Positions 12,501 to 26,766 are shown, counted from the first letter of the stretch. The stretch is DNA of 45,992 nucleotides from Chiloscyllium plagiosum (GCF_004010195.1 NC_057753.1:6547483-6593474), one strand, 5' to 3'. Made by a program: numbers and translations. The notes: a model not told the origin generated them from the letters alone.

Positions 12501-12614
12501 ACAAAAGATATTCACTTAATATGACATGCTTCTCGTGGGATTGAACACAAAGGCGACCTCTTCAACGTTTATTGGGTCATTCTCTGTTTTGCCCTTTTGC
12601 TCAGAATCACTATT

Positions 12615-13355
12615 GTCCCCTGTCCCTGCCACAGCGGGAAGTGCAACACCTGCCCCTGCATCGTCCCCTCATGTCCATCTAAGATGCCAGAGAATCCTTT
12701 CACATCTGACTGAAATTAACCTGTAACTCCACAAATGTCAATTACCGTATCGGTTGCACTTGATGTGGTCGTCGAGACATTGCAAAGAGTGGATGCCAAC
12801 TTGAGGATCGTTTCAGAGAACTTCGCTGGGACACCCGCAACAACCAACCCCATTGCCCTGTGGTTGAACACTTCAACTCTCCCACACAATCCACCAATGA
12901 CATGCAAGTCCTGGGCCTCTTCCATCGCCAAACCTTAACCATCCAAAGCCTGAAGGAAGACGCCTCTTCTTCTGCCTTTGGAAAGTGCAACCAAACGGAT
13001 TAAAGTAGACTTCATAAGTTTCCTCATTTCCTCTTCCCTCAGTTCCAAGACGCCAACTCGATAAAACCTGCTGGAACTATCAATCGGCTTTCCCATCTAT
13101 CTGTTTCCCCCTCATCTCTGACCTATAATCTTCCCCCACCTTCATCTACCTATTGTCTTCTCAGCTACCTTCCCGCGAACCCCACCACCTTGCACTTATC
13201 TCTCAGACCTCCGCCCACAAGCCTCATTCCGTTCGACAGTTTGATGACTGAAACTCGATTCTCATTATCCTCGGTTACTGCTTGACATGGTTTGCTTTTC
13301 CAGCACCACACTTCCGACTCTGATCTCCAGCATCTGCAGTCCTCATATTTTCCCA
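12615..13355 (+). mobile_element. Decayed Neptune-type PLE 3' part: Cys-rich linker, GIY-YIG domain and terminal repeat (paralogs at 1-418, about 29565-30298 + and 31041-31535 -)
   Basis: PCHSGKCNTC, NQPHCPVVEHFNSP and DMQVLGLFHRQTL align with the better-preserved copy at 45501-45935. Confidence 0.8.
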
Positions 13356-15419
13356 ATACATTGCTTTGTTTCAGATATTCAGTGATTTATGAGCGATCGC
13401 GAGTGATGTTTATTGCTGTTTCTCCCCAACCACATGGGTCTCATTTATTCATTCATTGCACCCAAATCTTACCAGTCTTGTATTTCACTTTCACATGAAG
13501 ATAATTACTCAGAACTGTCGTCATCGCACTTCTGAAAGACCCTCCTTCGTCAGACGTCCTATTGCGTGTAAATAGTGTACGTTAATCATCTTTGAAAGTT
13601 GTGGTCGCATAACAATTATTCAATTACCTACGATGTCTTAGCAAACGTTTTTCTCAACTTCACTTTAACTACTTGGATGCCTAAAGTACAATCTCATCAA
13701 GGTGACCATTTCTTTCTTATTTCGAATTTCAACTCATATGCTATCACTCGACTATTTTTTTCATAAATACTGTGTCTAGTTCCAACAGTAATGTTTTCCC
13801 TCAATGAAAATTTGAGATCCCACTCCTCTCCACCATTCCTTTCCATCTTTTCAATAGCATTTTGCACCTTGGAACATTGAACTGCCACAACTGTCCAGTC
13901 CTCACATTTCTGTAATAACCACAACGTCTCAACCCCATATTTCCCAACATTCGCTGCGTTCATCAGCCTAACATGCAAAATATCTTTCCTTAAAAGAGAG
14001 GCAGTTTAATTCTGCATACTCTGATATTTCATGGTCAGTTTTTTCAAAGTAACTTGTTATATTCATAATCAATGCTTTCTGTATTCATGTTCTATTTACA
14101 CTGCTGCCTAATCTTGCTCTACCAGCTACCCCTCCCCACTAACATTTTACATTCTCACTTAATGGAACTAGCAAAGAAAGCGAGTGGTTTACAAATTACT
14201 AAATTCTGTGAATTACTGATCAAATGTAATACCTTAGCGCAAACGTCACCTTGAATAAAATGGCCTTTTTCAAACCTCACGTTTTCTTGTACTGCAAGAA
14301 GACACACCATCTTTCCTTCTCAACATCAGAATGTTTTGAAAGTATTGTTCGCATTCAGAAGACGGACACTGGTGACAAACACAAATGTTATTCCTTCGTC
14401 AACCATAACTAGTCAGTATAACAAAAAAGAACAATCAAGTCATTAGTTCGGGCAATTGTCGTTGTGAATGCACATGTTGCTGCCATCCTATTAGTAGCAA
14501 ACCTCCCATATTTCTCAAAGAAAGTTGTCGTGTAAGCATCATCTACCATGACTTTTTTTCCAATCTTAGTTCTAAGAATCACAACAATTTCCTTCATAAA
14601 TCATCATGTTAAAACAGTTGTTTTCCTACATCGGTTCATAACTTTTATAAAAAAACGAAAAACATAGACGTTTACACGTGCAAGAATGCACCTGAAATCA
14701 CTTAATGATGAGAGTAAGAAAACGATTGTTCCAAGCGAGGGAGAAGGAGAAAATGGATCTCATTGAAACGTGAGGGAAGACTGCAACATAGGGTGCGAGG
14801 AAAAATAGGAGAAGAACAAGAGACTTGATGTTAGAAAATGAAAGGATGATTTAAGGAAGTCAGTGCAAAAACTTACTCGCGAGACCAAAGAATACGACTT
14901 AAGTAGTTTAAAATTGAGAAATTCGGAGAAGCAGTTCTTTCTGGACACGCTATTGATTGAATGACTGATAAATACATACAAACGGAAAAACATTACAATT
15001 GCTTAAAAAACTGGTGCATGTTATCACGTGTTGAACGTAAAACAAAAATATGCAGAAAACGTTCAAGTTATACTGGACTTCGTGAAATCAGACCTGGAGT
15101 ATATTAAAAGCCATTGCCCTTGCAATTAAGGAAATATACAACACTGATGAAATCAAATTAGAGATAATTTAATCGTCTCATAACTAGAATATGTGACAGT
15201 AATGTTCGGACATTATTACGCTGGCACATGTCAAATATTTCAAGGTGTGACTTAATGTATACATATTAAGACAAACACTTGGTCAGAAACGACTTGTTTT
15301 TCAGGACTGGTAGGAATGTCAACTAGTTAGGTCAGTCATGATCGCAATGAGTAATAAAGGTGGCACAACGGGCAATATGGGTATATTCCTTCTTCCTATC
15401 CATATTTTTGGATATGCAT

Positions 15420-15734
15420 GCGGCACAGTGGCACAGTGGTTAGCACTGCTGCCTCACAGCGCCAGAGACCCGAGTTCAACTCCCGACTCAGGCGACTGTC
15501 TGTGTGGAGTTTGCACGTTCTCCCCGTGTCTGCGTGGGTTTCCTCCCGATGCTCCGGTTTCCTCCCACAGTCCAAAGATGTGCATGTCAGGTGAATTGGC
15601 CATGCTAAATTGCCCGTAGTGTTGGGTAAGGTGTAAATGTAGGGGTATGGGCGGGTTGCGCTTCGGCGGTCGGTGTGGATTTGTTGGGCTAAAGGGCCTG
15701 TTTCCACACTGTAATGTAATCTAATCTAATCTAA
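15420..15734 (+). mobile_element. HE1-like SINE (paralog of 2399-2714)
   Basis: Same element at the same position in the duplicated unit. Confidence 0.9.
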
Positions 15735-16338
15735 TGTCTGTAAAAAATGCAATGCAGCATAATTGGAAATATGTAGATAATCTGTGATATGAAAAATTAA
15801 AGGTTAAACACGTTCAGTTACCTTTGGTATTTGAAGCACTTTACGCATTTCAGTAATGTTTCTAGGCCGATAATTTTGAAGAGTTGTGGAATTTTTTTTT
15901 CAGAGTTCGGTAAACATTCGATCTGGAAGTAATTACAGAGATTGGAATGACTTCGGACCTGCAGGTAATTGCTGATTAATGCTTTCTAGTTTGAGGGTTG
16001 CACAGACCGTCTTGCAGTGAGAGACACATGGAGAACCTTACAATATAAATGAAACATGTAAGTGGTAGAATCTAAAGAGGGAGGGATAGTTTTAATTTCT
16101 GGAGGAAATGCAGAAAAAGGAAATGGCGTGATTTAAAAACGAACTCACAGATATCATTTTTTATTACTGGAACAGATCATGTTGGAGTGGGGTGGAGGTT
16201 ATTGGGCCAGGGGAAAGCACAGTAATAGAGATCGATGCACATTTTGTCGGAAGTGACTGGGAAAAAAAGAAAGGTCACAGGATATTCTCTACTGATTCAC
16301 ATTTTGCCTATTACTTTTATTTGTATAAAGAAATGATG

Positions 16339-18903
16339 TCAGTTTGATTGTTTCTTGATAAACACAAAAGGTAATGTCAGAGGATATGTCAATGTAAGTT
16401 TTACCTGTTCCCTGAACTTAGATTGTGTTTCCACGTAAATGAACGTGCTTGTGCAGCAGCTTAAATTACGCAGCATATATGCAAAGTTCTCAAATACATA
16501 AGCAGACAGACCATCTAAGAGCTCATCAACATCAAAAAAATATAAAACGTAGATGAACCACAGAAGTATGAAGCTGCTGGATATGGTGAAGAGCAAAACG
16601 ATAGACTTCCTTCTGCTCTCAGCTCCAGAGTCTCCCTTGCTGTGACATTTGAGTCGTTTACGGATTCGACTGGCCACTAAAATATAACTGACTGTCACAC
16701 CGTTGAGAAACAGAATTAACCCAAATGGTATCAACGGTGTTAAAATCTTCTCAAATGCACGAAATCCAATCCATCTCGAGTCAGTGAAATAGCATGATCT
16801 ATGAGAACAGGGCCATGTATGTTGTTCATAATCCTCTGTGGTCCAAATCTAAAATATATTGGAATATTTTTCAAACAGAGAAAAATCCCTGTTGTTAGGA
16901 GAATCACCGTTGCAGTTTTCTTGGTACAATATTGAGATTTCAACTTTGGGCAACAAATAGCAATAAATAGAAAAAAGTGAAAATGACAGTGAACCAGACA
17001 GAACAGTCTGTGGCTGCGCGGAGCAGAACACAGTGAATACTGCACATGGGAGTGATGTCCAGGAAAGTTAATGGAAAATAATAATCATTGATTCTGTTCA
17101 GTACAACGTCGGTGATGATGACGAGGAGATCTGCTGTTGTCATGGCCAACAGGTAGCGAGTCGTGCAGGTTGATAGCCCACAGTTTTCCTGATTAAAACT
17201 GAAAGTAAATTCACTGGAAGAGGGACAAGAACATATATTTGGTAATGATATTTTTTTTCTGTTTCTGATCAGCTATTAAGAACTTTTCACCAGAGAAGTA
17301 TGCATTTGGCATCAACAAAGAGTTTAAAGGAACGGAGAAATTAACTGTGTGGCAATGTAAAATTGATTCATTATTGCTGACAAGAATTCTCCATTCGTAA
17401 GCATGACCCATTTAAAATCTACACATGTATATGTTGGTACTGCGGCAGCGACAAAATACACTGAGCAATGAATCCAGCCTGACTGATAACTGCACACTTT
17501 CAAGCTTAAACTTTTGGGATCTCATCCAATGTCAGGTTAATCCTGTGCAGTATGACGAAAGGTTTAATATTTATGCAAGAACTGATATATGTAATTAACT
17601 TTGACTTTTCACTTCTAGTCGTATTATCTGAGATTTCAGAAAACCACCTTTGTTTTTGTTTTAACAACTACAAATTGAATCCGAGTCACTCATAACATAG
17701 TCTTTTAAAAATTATATTACAATGGAGTGATTTCAGATTTCAGCTCATAAGAAACAGGTTGTGTTCTATTCTTTGGTTACACAAATGCAGTGGAAATACC
17801 CAATATTGAGTCCTTAAAAGGTAAGATTCCTTAAAATAGGGATATGGAGAAGATAATTTCACTGTCAATTTTCTAAAATCAAAGTTTACCACTTTAAAAT
17901 TGCCAATGATAAATGTACAGAAAAGTGGTATTTAAGTCCCAGAATGTTTAGCTTATGCAATTGGAATAATTGAGATCATTAACTTCTGTGAGATAAGACA
18001 TAAAAATGGCAACAATGGCAGGACGTGCCAGTTGCCTTAGATGAGATGTAATAGATGGAAGCTTTCATGGATCAAACAGTCTGTTATTACTTCATTGAAC
18101 GAAAAGTGTGCATTTGTGCCCTTTGAAATCTGACTTAAGCCTAAATGAGCTACATTACTTGCATTCCCTCACAGTCATCTGTATGTATGGAATGTAATGA
18201 TATCCTTAAGTGTTACTGATTCCAATTAAAAGAGTGATATTCTCCATTACTACTCTTTATCCTGGAGAGAACAGTGATCACTTCACTCCCTCACACACAA
18301 ATCCGAAATAAAACCAACTCTTGCTTCATCTGTGGAGAGAAAATAGAATTAAGTAGACATGAAAGTATAACTGTGCTCACAGATGATGCCAGGCTTGCTG
18401 TGATTTCCCGGCAATGTGTATTTTTGTTGTCATAATGACTTTCCTTGAAGTGAATGCTGTTCCTCATTAACAATGACCAACATACCACAATCTACAACGA
18501 ATCTAAGAAAGAAGATGAATGAAAGAAAGCAATAGTTAATACAACAGAATTTGAATGCACACTCGATTCATTGTTATTCCGTTAATAGTACACACATTTT
18601 CAGTGGAACGCTAAACTATCGAATGACAGAAATACAAAGATACTTTGTGGCATAAGGAGGCAATGCAGTCCATAATAAATGCACCTGCTGTCCAATTAAA
18701 AATGATTAACGAAACTATGTTCATCCATTCTGCTTCCTTGAACATACAACGGACTAACTTGTAAAATTATAAGCCTTAGAGAAATACGCAGCTCGTGGAC
18801 AAAAACAAAATTACTTTACTCAGATTAGAAACTTACCAGGAATTCAAATCATGGCAAGAATCAGGTCGTATACTTTCCTCACCATTTGAATAGGGAGATG
18901 CAT
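16339..18903 (-). pseudogene. Two-exon class-A GPCR pseudogene, GPR139/GPR142-like (copy B): exon 1 18903-18837, exon 2 17213-16339
   Basis: Exon 1 reads MHLPIQMVRKVYDLILAMI*IP then G|gtaagt, with TGA at 18844-18846. Exon 2 has a 7-nt deletion at about 17191, the same TM3 frameshift as A at about 16970, and a 1-nt deletion at about 16815. The C-terminal TM5-TM7 frame (16339-16734) is open. Confidence 0.9.
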
Positions 18904-19974
18904 TTTTTTTTCGCGTGACATAAAATGTCCTTGCCTGTCTGAACAATAGTTTGAAATAGGCTCTGAACCAATAAACTCCAAATGTGTGATCCTTCGGTAT
19001 TCCAGCACCTCTCACGGGAATCGGTGGTTGTGATATTACTCATAATGCTTTTAACGTACTTCGAACAAACAATTTGTTGATGGCAAGCTAATTTCCAGAG
19101 CGAAAGGCATTTTTATTGCTGATGTCATTATACGCCTCCATCCTGTCCACTCGAAAAGACTAGGTATATCTCTCCATCAAGAAGTTGACATTGTAGCTTG
19201 CTTTACGGTTGACTGGAGATGATGTATCATTCACGCTGTTTCAGGACCGTCTACTCTTCCAACTCACTGACTTCCCACAAACATTTTGGGCAGTGTTTAT
19301 ATCGGTTTGAGGCTGGTATTGAGTCAATATTAATGGTGTATTGAACTCGAAATGTTCCTTATGCTTTTTTTCTTTTCTTCACAGGTGCACCCAAGCCTTG
19401 TGTGTTCACCAGAAATTTCTCTGGAAGCTTAATGAAACAGCACATCCGCTTTACATTTTCATGTTCTCGCAAGTGTAATCTATGCATATCAATCAAAAGA
19501 ACGCACTTACATAATGTTCAACAGTACACAATTAAATGATTAATAATTTATACTTCACATGTCTCACGTTAATGTGTTCAACGAGATAAAGCATTTCAAA
19601 AATCTAGATGCCAAATCCAATGCATAATAGAATGCTTTGTTTTTGTCCATTGCCGCTGGTTTCACATTATCTGACATGTACCATTGTTGTTGAAGTTTCC
19701 CTTGTCCCAAAATGAACAAGTACTTTTTCTGTCACTCGTATTCCTGTATTTGATTGGCTGTTTGTTTTTGGTTATTAGCAGTTTTTCGTTCTGGTACTGA
19801 AAATATTTCACCTTACATCGCCCTTCTTTTGGCACTTTATATTTACCAAAGGAGCATAAGTAATAATGAGAAAAACAAGTCGTCCACTTGCTCTGCCGTA
19901 TCCTAAACCGTCCTGCTGGAATGAACAGTAACAGCCTGTAATCAGCATTTAAATTCAACCTTCCCATGTGAATA

Positions 19975-20900
19975 ACTTCACTGTTTGAAGTCCATTTGAC
20001 ACTATTAGCACCGCTGGCAGTGCATTGCACCCACCAACCACCCTCTGTGTAAAGAACCTACAGAAGACATCCCACCTAAACATTCCTCCAAATATCTTTA
20101 ACTTATGCCCCACGTAATCTTTATTTCCGCCATGGGGAAAAAAAAGTCTTTTGCTATCCACTCTATATTTGCATCTCAAGGTGTTGTACACCTGTATTAA
20201 GTCACCTCTCATCTTTATTCACTCCAATGATAAAAGTACTAGCTCCTTCAACTTTTCTTCATAAGACATCCAGGTCGCATCCTGGTCAATCTCTTCTGCA
20301 CCCTTTCTAAAGCCCCCACATCTTTCCTATAATGAGGCAATCAGAACTCAAAACAATAATCCATTTATTGACTAAACAGAGGCTTTTAGAACAACAGCAT
20401 AAACTTGTGGCTCTAAAACGCAAGTCAGGACTAATGAAAGCCAACATACCATACGCATTCTGAACAGCTCTGTCAACCTGGGTGGCAACTTTGAGGGATC
20501 TATCAACATGAATCCCATTATCCCTCTATTTCTGACTTTGGCAAGAATCCTGCCTTTAACCCTGTTTTCTGCATTCAAATTCAACTTTCAAAAGTGAGTC
20601 ACTTCACACCTTTCCGGGTTGAACTCCATCTTATCAGTGTAGTTTTGCATTCTGTCAATATACCCTTGAAGCCGACAAGGGCCTCCAAACTACCCATCAC
20701 TCCTCCAACCTTTGTGTCATCGGCAAACAGACGAACTCACCCTTCCACTTCCGCATCAAATCATTCATAAAAACTCGAAAGAGCACAGGTGCCAGAAATG
20801 ATCCCTGCAGAGCACCAGTGTTCACCCAGCTCCAGATATATTACTTTCCACCACCCGCTGTCTTCTTCGGGCCAAAAATTTCTGTATTCTGATACATAGG
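19975..20900 (-). mobile_element. CR1 LINE RT C-terminal fragment, specific to copy B
   Basis: Minus-strand ORF MRGDLIQVYNTLR...FFTQRVVG matches the CR1 RT C-terminal motifs RGDLIEVYK and FFTQRVV. Confidence 0.8.
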
Positions 20901-21589
20901 ATTCCATGTATCCTCTCATCTCCCTTCAAAAAAATGCATACCGTTTGATCTGCATTTCTATATCTCGCTACTGCCCCCAATTATCCACCTCACTATATAT
21001 TTTTCCTACCAGTCTTTGTAACATCTGCGAAATTCTTCATCTGCACCTTACATTTTATGGTCAAATTACAGATGCACATATCAAAAGCCAGGGCCCACCA
21101 CTGAGCCTCTGAACGGCTCCCATCAAAAGAAAACAGACTTCTAGTCACAGAAACTTTCCAGTGCCATCACTTTTCTTTGTTGACTTGCAGGATTTTTAAA
21201 AACATAAATTAAGTCTTGGCATTGGATCTCACATCTTCTTGCTGCAGGTACAAGAGAAAGGGTGATTGGTTGCCATCAGTGGATGGAAAGTCAATCGGCA
21301 GGCAGTGCAGTTACCCCTGCGGCCGTTCCCCTTAATGAGTATACCGTTTTGGATATTGTTGAGGGGCACAGCTTACAAGGGTAACATCGAAATCCCAGAT
21401 ACCAACCCATGTTGCAAGTTCAACCAACGTTTTCTTGATGTCAAAGGCATTGAAGTAGACACTTTACAATCACATTCTTGAGACCTTGAGACCTTGAAAA
21501 TCTGATTTATTTCCTCTCAACTAACAACCTCCTGGAAACTGAAACTACAGTTTAGGTTCCCATCACTCTGCTAAATTAGTTTATGCCCA

Positions 21590-22170
21590 CTCAAAGATGT
21601 GCACAAAATACCCACCCACATCAAGTTCTTGCGACCCCTCTGGTTCAGGTGCGCATCATCCTGTTTGGACAGGTCTCACCTACCACAGAAACTGCATCAA
21701 TTATCCAGGAATCCAAAACCCTGCCTCATGCACCATCCCTGTAGCCACGTGTTCAACTGCTATCTCTCCCAACACCGTGCCTCGGGAGGATGTGGCACGT
21801 GCAACAAGCGAGAGGTAAAAACACTGTTTCTTCTAACTTTCACCTTCAACCCATCTTCCTGAATTCCACCTTAATATCCCCATCTCTCTTCTTACCTGTG
21901 ACACTGGTGCCTATCTGGACCACGACGTGGGTTATTCACGCTCCACCTCGAGGATCCTGCAAACACGATCGGAGACATCATGAATCCAGGCATCTGAGTG
22001 GTAGCGCAACAATCGTGAGTCTCTGTCGTTCCCAGACAACCTCATCTCTGTCCCCTGACTTTGGAATCCCCAGACACCAGTGCTCTGCTCCTCTTTCTCC
22101 TTCACTGCTGAGCAAGAGGGCCAACGTTTGTGCCAGAGAGCTATGCCCCATTGCTTCCCCTTTCGGAAAC
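21590..22170 (-). mobile_element. CR1 ORF1 (SGNH-esterase-like) relic; a short ORF1 piece in the opposite orientation lies at about 21250-21385
   Basis: GTEMRLSGNDRDSRLLRYHSDAWIHDVSDRVCRIL resembles CR1 ORF1 RGTDRRFCG.ERDSR.VCCLPGARV.DVSDRV. Confidence 0.6.
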
Positions 22171-22329
22171 ATGAATAGAGCAGCGACAATAATGGTTGTT
22201 GCATGTGCTGGGATTTAGATATTTCAGTAAGAACAAAGAAGATGGCAAAATGGCGGGGCGTTGAGATATTGCTAAACAACGATATATGGGGGGTCGACAC
22301 TAACCTGGAAATTATAGACCAGCGAGCTA

Positions 22330-23060
22330 TACTTCGGTTGCGGGGAAAGTACTGGAAAAGGTATAAGATTTGAATTTATAATCCAGAGAGGAATAAGTTG
22401 ATAAGTGATTGTCAACACGGTTTCGTGAAGGGGAGGTCGTGCCTGATAAACCATTTTCAGTTCCTTTAGAAAGTGACCAAACAGGTGAATGAACGTAAAG
22501 CAGTTGATGTCGTATATGTGGATTTCAGTGAGGCATTTGATAAGCTTCCCCGCGGTAGTCTATTCCACAAAATATGGTGTCATGTGATTGAGAGTGTTAC
22601 AGCGGTTTGGTTCGCTGAAAGAATACAGAGAGTGCTGATTGATATGAAATATTGATCCTGGCGTTCTGTTGTCAGTAATGTACTGCAAGGTTCTGTTTTG
22701 GGGCCACGGCTCTTTGTCATTTTGAAAAATGCATGGATGAGGTCTTGGAAGGATGTGTTAGTAAATGTGCGGGTGACACTAATTAGGTAATGTTATGGAC
22801 AGTGTCGAATGATGTTGTTGATTACAGAGGGAAACAGATAATCTGCAGAGCTGGGGTCTGAGTGGTATTAAATAGATTTGAATCCGGAAAGTTGTGACGT
22901 GATTCGCCTTGGAAGGCGCAACAGGATTAAAGTGTACTGGGCTGATGGCAAGTGTTTTGGCTGTGTCGATGAACAAAGAGACCTTGGTGTCCATGTACAT
23001 CGACACGTGAAAGTTTCCACCACGGTTGATTGGGCTGTTAAAAAGGATCCGATGTGTTCC
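22330..23060 (+). mobile_element. CR1 LINE reverse transcriptase core relic (partial paralog at 38070-38231 -)
   Basis: QHGFVKGRSCL at about 22413, VDVVYVDFSEAFDKLP, LQGSVLGP at about 22683, a degraded FADD box at about 22765, and QRDLGVHVH. Confidence 0.85.
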
Positions 23061-23069
23061 ATGATATTA

Positions 23070-24300
23070 GTTAAAAATCTCACAACACCAGGTTATAGTC
23101 CAACATAATTAATTGGAAGCACACTAGCTTTCTGAGCGTCGATCCTTCATCAGGTCGTAGTGGAGGGCTCAATCTTAACACACAGAATTTATAGCAAAAA
23201 TTGACAGTGTAATGTACATAAAATTATACATTGAAAAATTGATAGTTCGTGAAGCCTTTCATCTGTTAGAATATCGTGATAGTTTCACTTCTTTCATGTG
23301 TAATATACAAAATCTTTTTTTAAAAGTTGCATTCTCGGGTTAGCTGTTAACTATGGTGATAGTAATATGCTGCACGTGTTAGCCCCCTGTGTTCTCCGTC
23401 AATTCAATGCATCTAATTTTTAAAGTGATATAATGGAGTTTTACATGAATTCATGCAGTTTTTGAGCTCAGAGTTCTACGTGAATGCATGCAGATTTTGA
23501 GACAATTACAATGTAACCCTACAAGTACAAATTGACATCACAAAATATATGTGTGCATGTCGGTCTTTGTCTGTCTGTGTGTGTGTATGTCTGTCTGGGT
23601 TGGGGGTTGTGAGTTCGAGAAAGTGTATGTGTGTGTGTAGTGAGTGCAGAGTGTCTTCCGTCTGTGAGGGGATGCATGTGTGAGTGTGGGAGTGTGTGTG
23701 TCTGTAAGGGTGTGTGCGGGTGTCCGTGTGTATGTGTGCATAGGAGTGCCTGTGTGTGTGTGAGAGTGTGTGTGGGTCGGAGTGTCTGTATGTGTTTATA
23801 GTGCAATGGTGGTCACCTGTCATGTGACATGAACCGAAGGTCCCGGTTGAGGCCCTCCCTATGGGTAAAGAACTTAGCTATCAGCCTCTGCTCGGCCAGT
23901 TTGCGCTGCTGCCTGTCACGAAGTTCGCCTTGGAGGATAGTCACCCGACGTTCCGAGATCGAATGTCCAGGACCGCTGAAGTGTTTCCCAACTGGGAGAG
24001 GACACTCCTGTCTGTTGATTGTTGTGCGGTGCCCATTCATCAGTTGTCGTAGCCTTTGCTCGGTTTCCCCAATGTACCATGCCTCCGGGCATCCTTGCCT
24101 TCAACGTATAAGATCGACATCGTCGGCTGATTCACGTGAGCACCTGCCACGAACATGATCGGAGGTGTTCCCATGTGTAATGTTGGTATCAATGTCCACA
24201 CTATGACTCGTCTTGAAGCGCCTACCGTGACAGGGCTGTATGGAGTTGTCCTGAGAGCCGGGCATCTTGCTACGAAAATGAATGTGGGATATGGTATTTG
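23070..24300 (-). mobile_element. Neptune-type PLE 3' part: Cys linker, GIY-YIG domain, CA-rich spacer and terminal repeat with hammerhead core
   Basis: QPCHGRR, MNGHRTTINRQECPLPVGKHFSGPGH and AEQRLIAKFFTHREGLNRD are present. A hammerhead core CTGATGAaggatcgacgctcaGAAAgctagtg lies on the minus strand at 23122-23153. Confidence 0.85.
23560..23800. repeat. Degenerate (GT)n/(CA)n-rich tract inside the PLE (paralog at about 37425-37595)
   Basis: Interrupted gtgt runs, which produce the His/Thr-rich spurious ORFs. Confidence 0.85.
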
Positions 24301-26766
24301 CAGATGGCAAAACGTCAGCCAAACTATTCCTCGTGAGGAACAAGGGTGAACAATTATTTGTTTAGTTGGCTCGAAATGCTATCAGTTATTATTCAATCCA
24401 GAGAATGCTCGGATTCAGAACAGATCACTTGTTGAAGATCTGTAATCCGTGACCACAGTCTGATGAACACGTTGTTCAATTTTATTTTCGTTTGTGGGAC
24501 TTCAGCGTCGCTACCGACCACCATGGATAGCTCACCGCTATTTGCTCTTGATAAAGTCGTCTTGAGCTGCCTCACTTTTAGAAATAGATTTGACTCAACA
24601 TTGGTACTGAGATTGCAATCAGACATTTAATGCATTGCCTGAGTTAAGATGACACCTATTTTTAGATAGGCTGACTTCATCTTGAGAATGTAATTCTGGA
24701 TTTCCATATTAAAGAACATAAAACACCATATCCCGTTCAAAAAGATGGAGGGCTTAATCTAAATTTGTTTACGAGCTACAATCTGTTGTTGTGTGATTTT
24801 TAAATAAAGTTGTTTAATATATCATCACAACTACATGACCCTGTAACACTTGCGCTCTACATTCTGTGCTGTGCGGTCGTGTTCCACAGCCACCTGATGA
24901 CGAGGCAGCGCTTTGAATGCTAGTGTTTTTACATAAACTAGTTAGACAATAACATGGTGTTGTATGATTTTTAACAATGTTTTACAGGAGGAACACGTAG
25001 ACTGGTGGTAATATGTATCAATGGGTATGTGGGTTTAGCTAGACTGTGGAATGGATTGGCCGATAAGCCCTGATTATAATGAATGCTGCAGCGGTTTCCA
25101 GCGCTCGAATGATATATTCCTGCTCATCCTTTGAGTTTTTGCATTGACTATCGCATTCGAACTCCTGTTTTTTGGATGTGAATTCGTCATAGAAATGATC
25201 GAAAATGTAACAACTACTGACTGCTTCCCGCAAGGCGACACAGTCTAGCTGTGATCTCACCAAAAAGCCAATCTGAGAGTTTGGACCATCAGCCGTTTGA
25301 TCATCTTGTCATACATGTCGAGAATCAGCCAGATTTTTGTACAGACTTTCTTCCGAGGACTTCAAGTACTCATTAGCAAATTGGGAGCCAGGAAGTCTGG
25401 AAGGCAACAACTGTGAAACATAGAACAGTACAGGCCCTTCAACCCTCGATGCTGTGCCGGCTTCTTGTCTTACTCTCACATCAAACTAACCTACACACTC
25501 TTCATTGTACTACTACCCATGTGCCTGCCCAAGAGGAGCTCCAATCTTTCTAATACATCAAATTCTACTACCAGAACTGGCAGTACTTTCCACGTAGCCC
25601 ATTAAATAACTGTCCGCTATTGATAGCCATTTCTGCCCTTCGGAAAAACTTAGTCTCTCATAAATCACTCTATCTATGCCTCTAATCACCTTGTACAATT
25701 TACCAAATCACCTCTCACGGTTCTTCACTACAATGTAATAAATCTTAGCTGCTTCCAACTTTCTTCATTAGACATGCCCTCCAGTCAGGCAGCATCTAGA
25801 GCTTTCACATCCTTCCGAAAATGAGGTGAAAATAACTGAAAACAATATTCCAAGTGTGGTCTATCCAGGCTTCTGCAGAGGTGCAGTAAAATCATGCGCT
25901 CTTAAACTTAATCCCGTTCCTAATGAAAGCCAAAGCTGCATATGCCTTCTTCACAATACTATCAACTTTAATAGTAATTTCGAGGAATGTATGGACATGG
26001 ACCCCAATATTCCTCTATTCCTCTACACTTCCAAGAACCCTGCCTTTAAACCTGCATTTAAATTCGACCTTGTAAAATGAATCGCTTCCCACTTTGTCAC
26101 TGTGAACTCCATTTTCATTGACTTTTCATACCTTGATACCCGCAGTGTTCAGACGAAATTATATCAATAGATAGATAAATAACAAATATCTGACAGAGAG
26201 TGACTCAAATGCAATTTTCTATGCACCTCTTGGAATGATGGCAAAGAGCTGATCCAGTTTGAAATTTTGAACCCATCCCAATTTAACCCATTGCTAATCC
26301 TCCTTAAGATGCTCCTTGAAATCTCCCACTTTGAAAAACAACTTTATTAAAATGACAGAATTTTCAATGACTTAACTTTATGATTATATCATTAGTAGTC
26401 AACGCATGGGTGTATTTGTGAGTACTGAGAACGGCAAAGCAATTGGCTCAGATTAATCAGTTGTTCCTGGTCATGCAAGTTGTGATATCCAAATTGCTCC
26501 TCATCACTTCCAAAATTAATCTAGATGCTTGTGTTTCGATTCTGCTCTAAGAAAATGAACAGTCAGAATATTTTAAATATTTGAATGTTTCCCGTTATAT
26601 GCCATGGTGAATCCTCAACAACGTTTTGCACCCTCAGCTCGGACAGTAAACAGTACAGTCAAGGATTCCTCCAATTTGAATCAGCTTGGGTTTTCTACTT
26701 TCCTTCAAACAATCATGGAAAATTCAAGTAACTGTAAGATATACTTTACCTGCCCAATTATACTTT

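Larger units (their letters stand above)
1..13052 (+). repeat. Segmental duplication unit, copy A
   Basis: Sequence at position 1 (ccaactcgataaaacctgctggaactatc) recurs at 13053, at 30012 (diverged) and reverse-complemented at about 31088. Colinear similarity continues for kilobases. Confidence 0.95.

Noticed and set aside
13697..13978. 93-aa ORF as a possible host exon
   Set aside because: It is a partly out-of-frame reading of a decayed CR1 endonuclease fragment.
23506..23823. His/Thr-rich ORFs (also 37327-37692)
   Set aside because: They are translations of a CA/GT-rich low-complexity tract.
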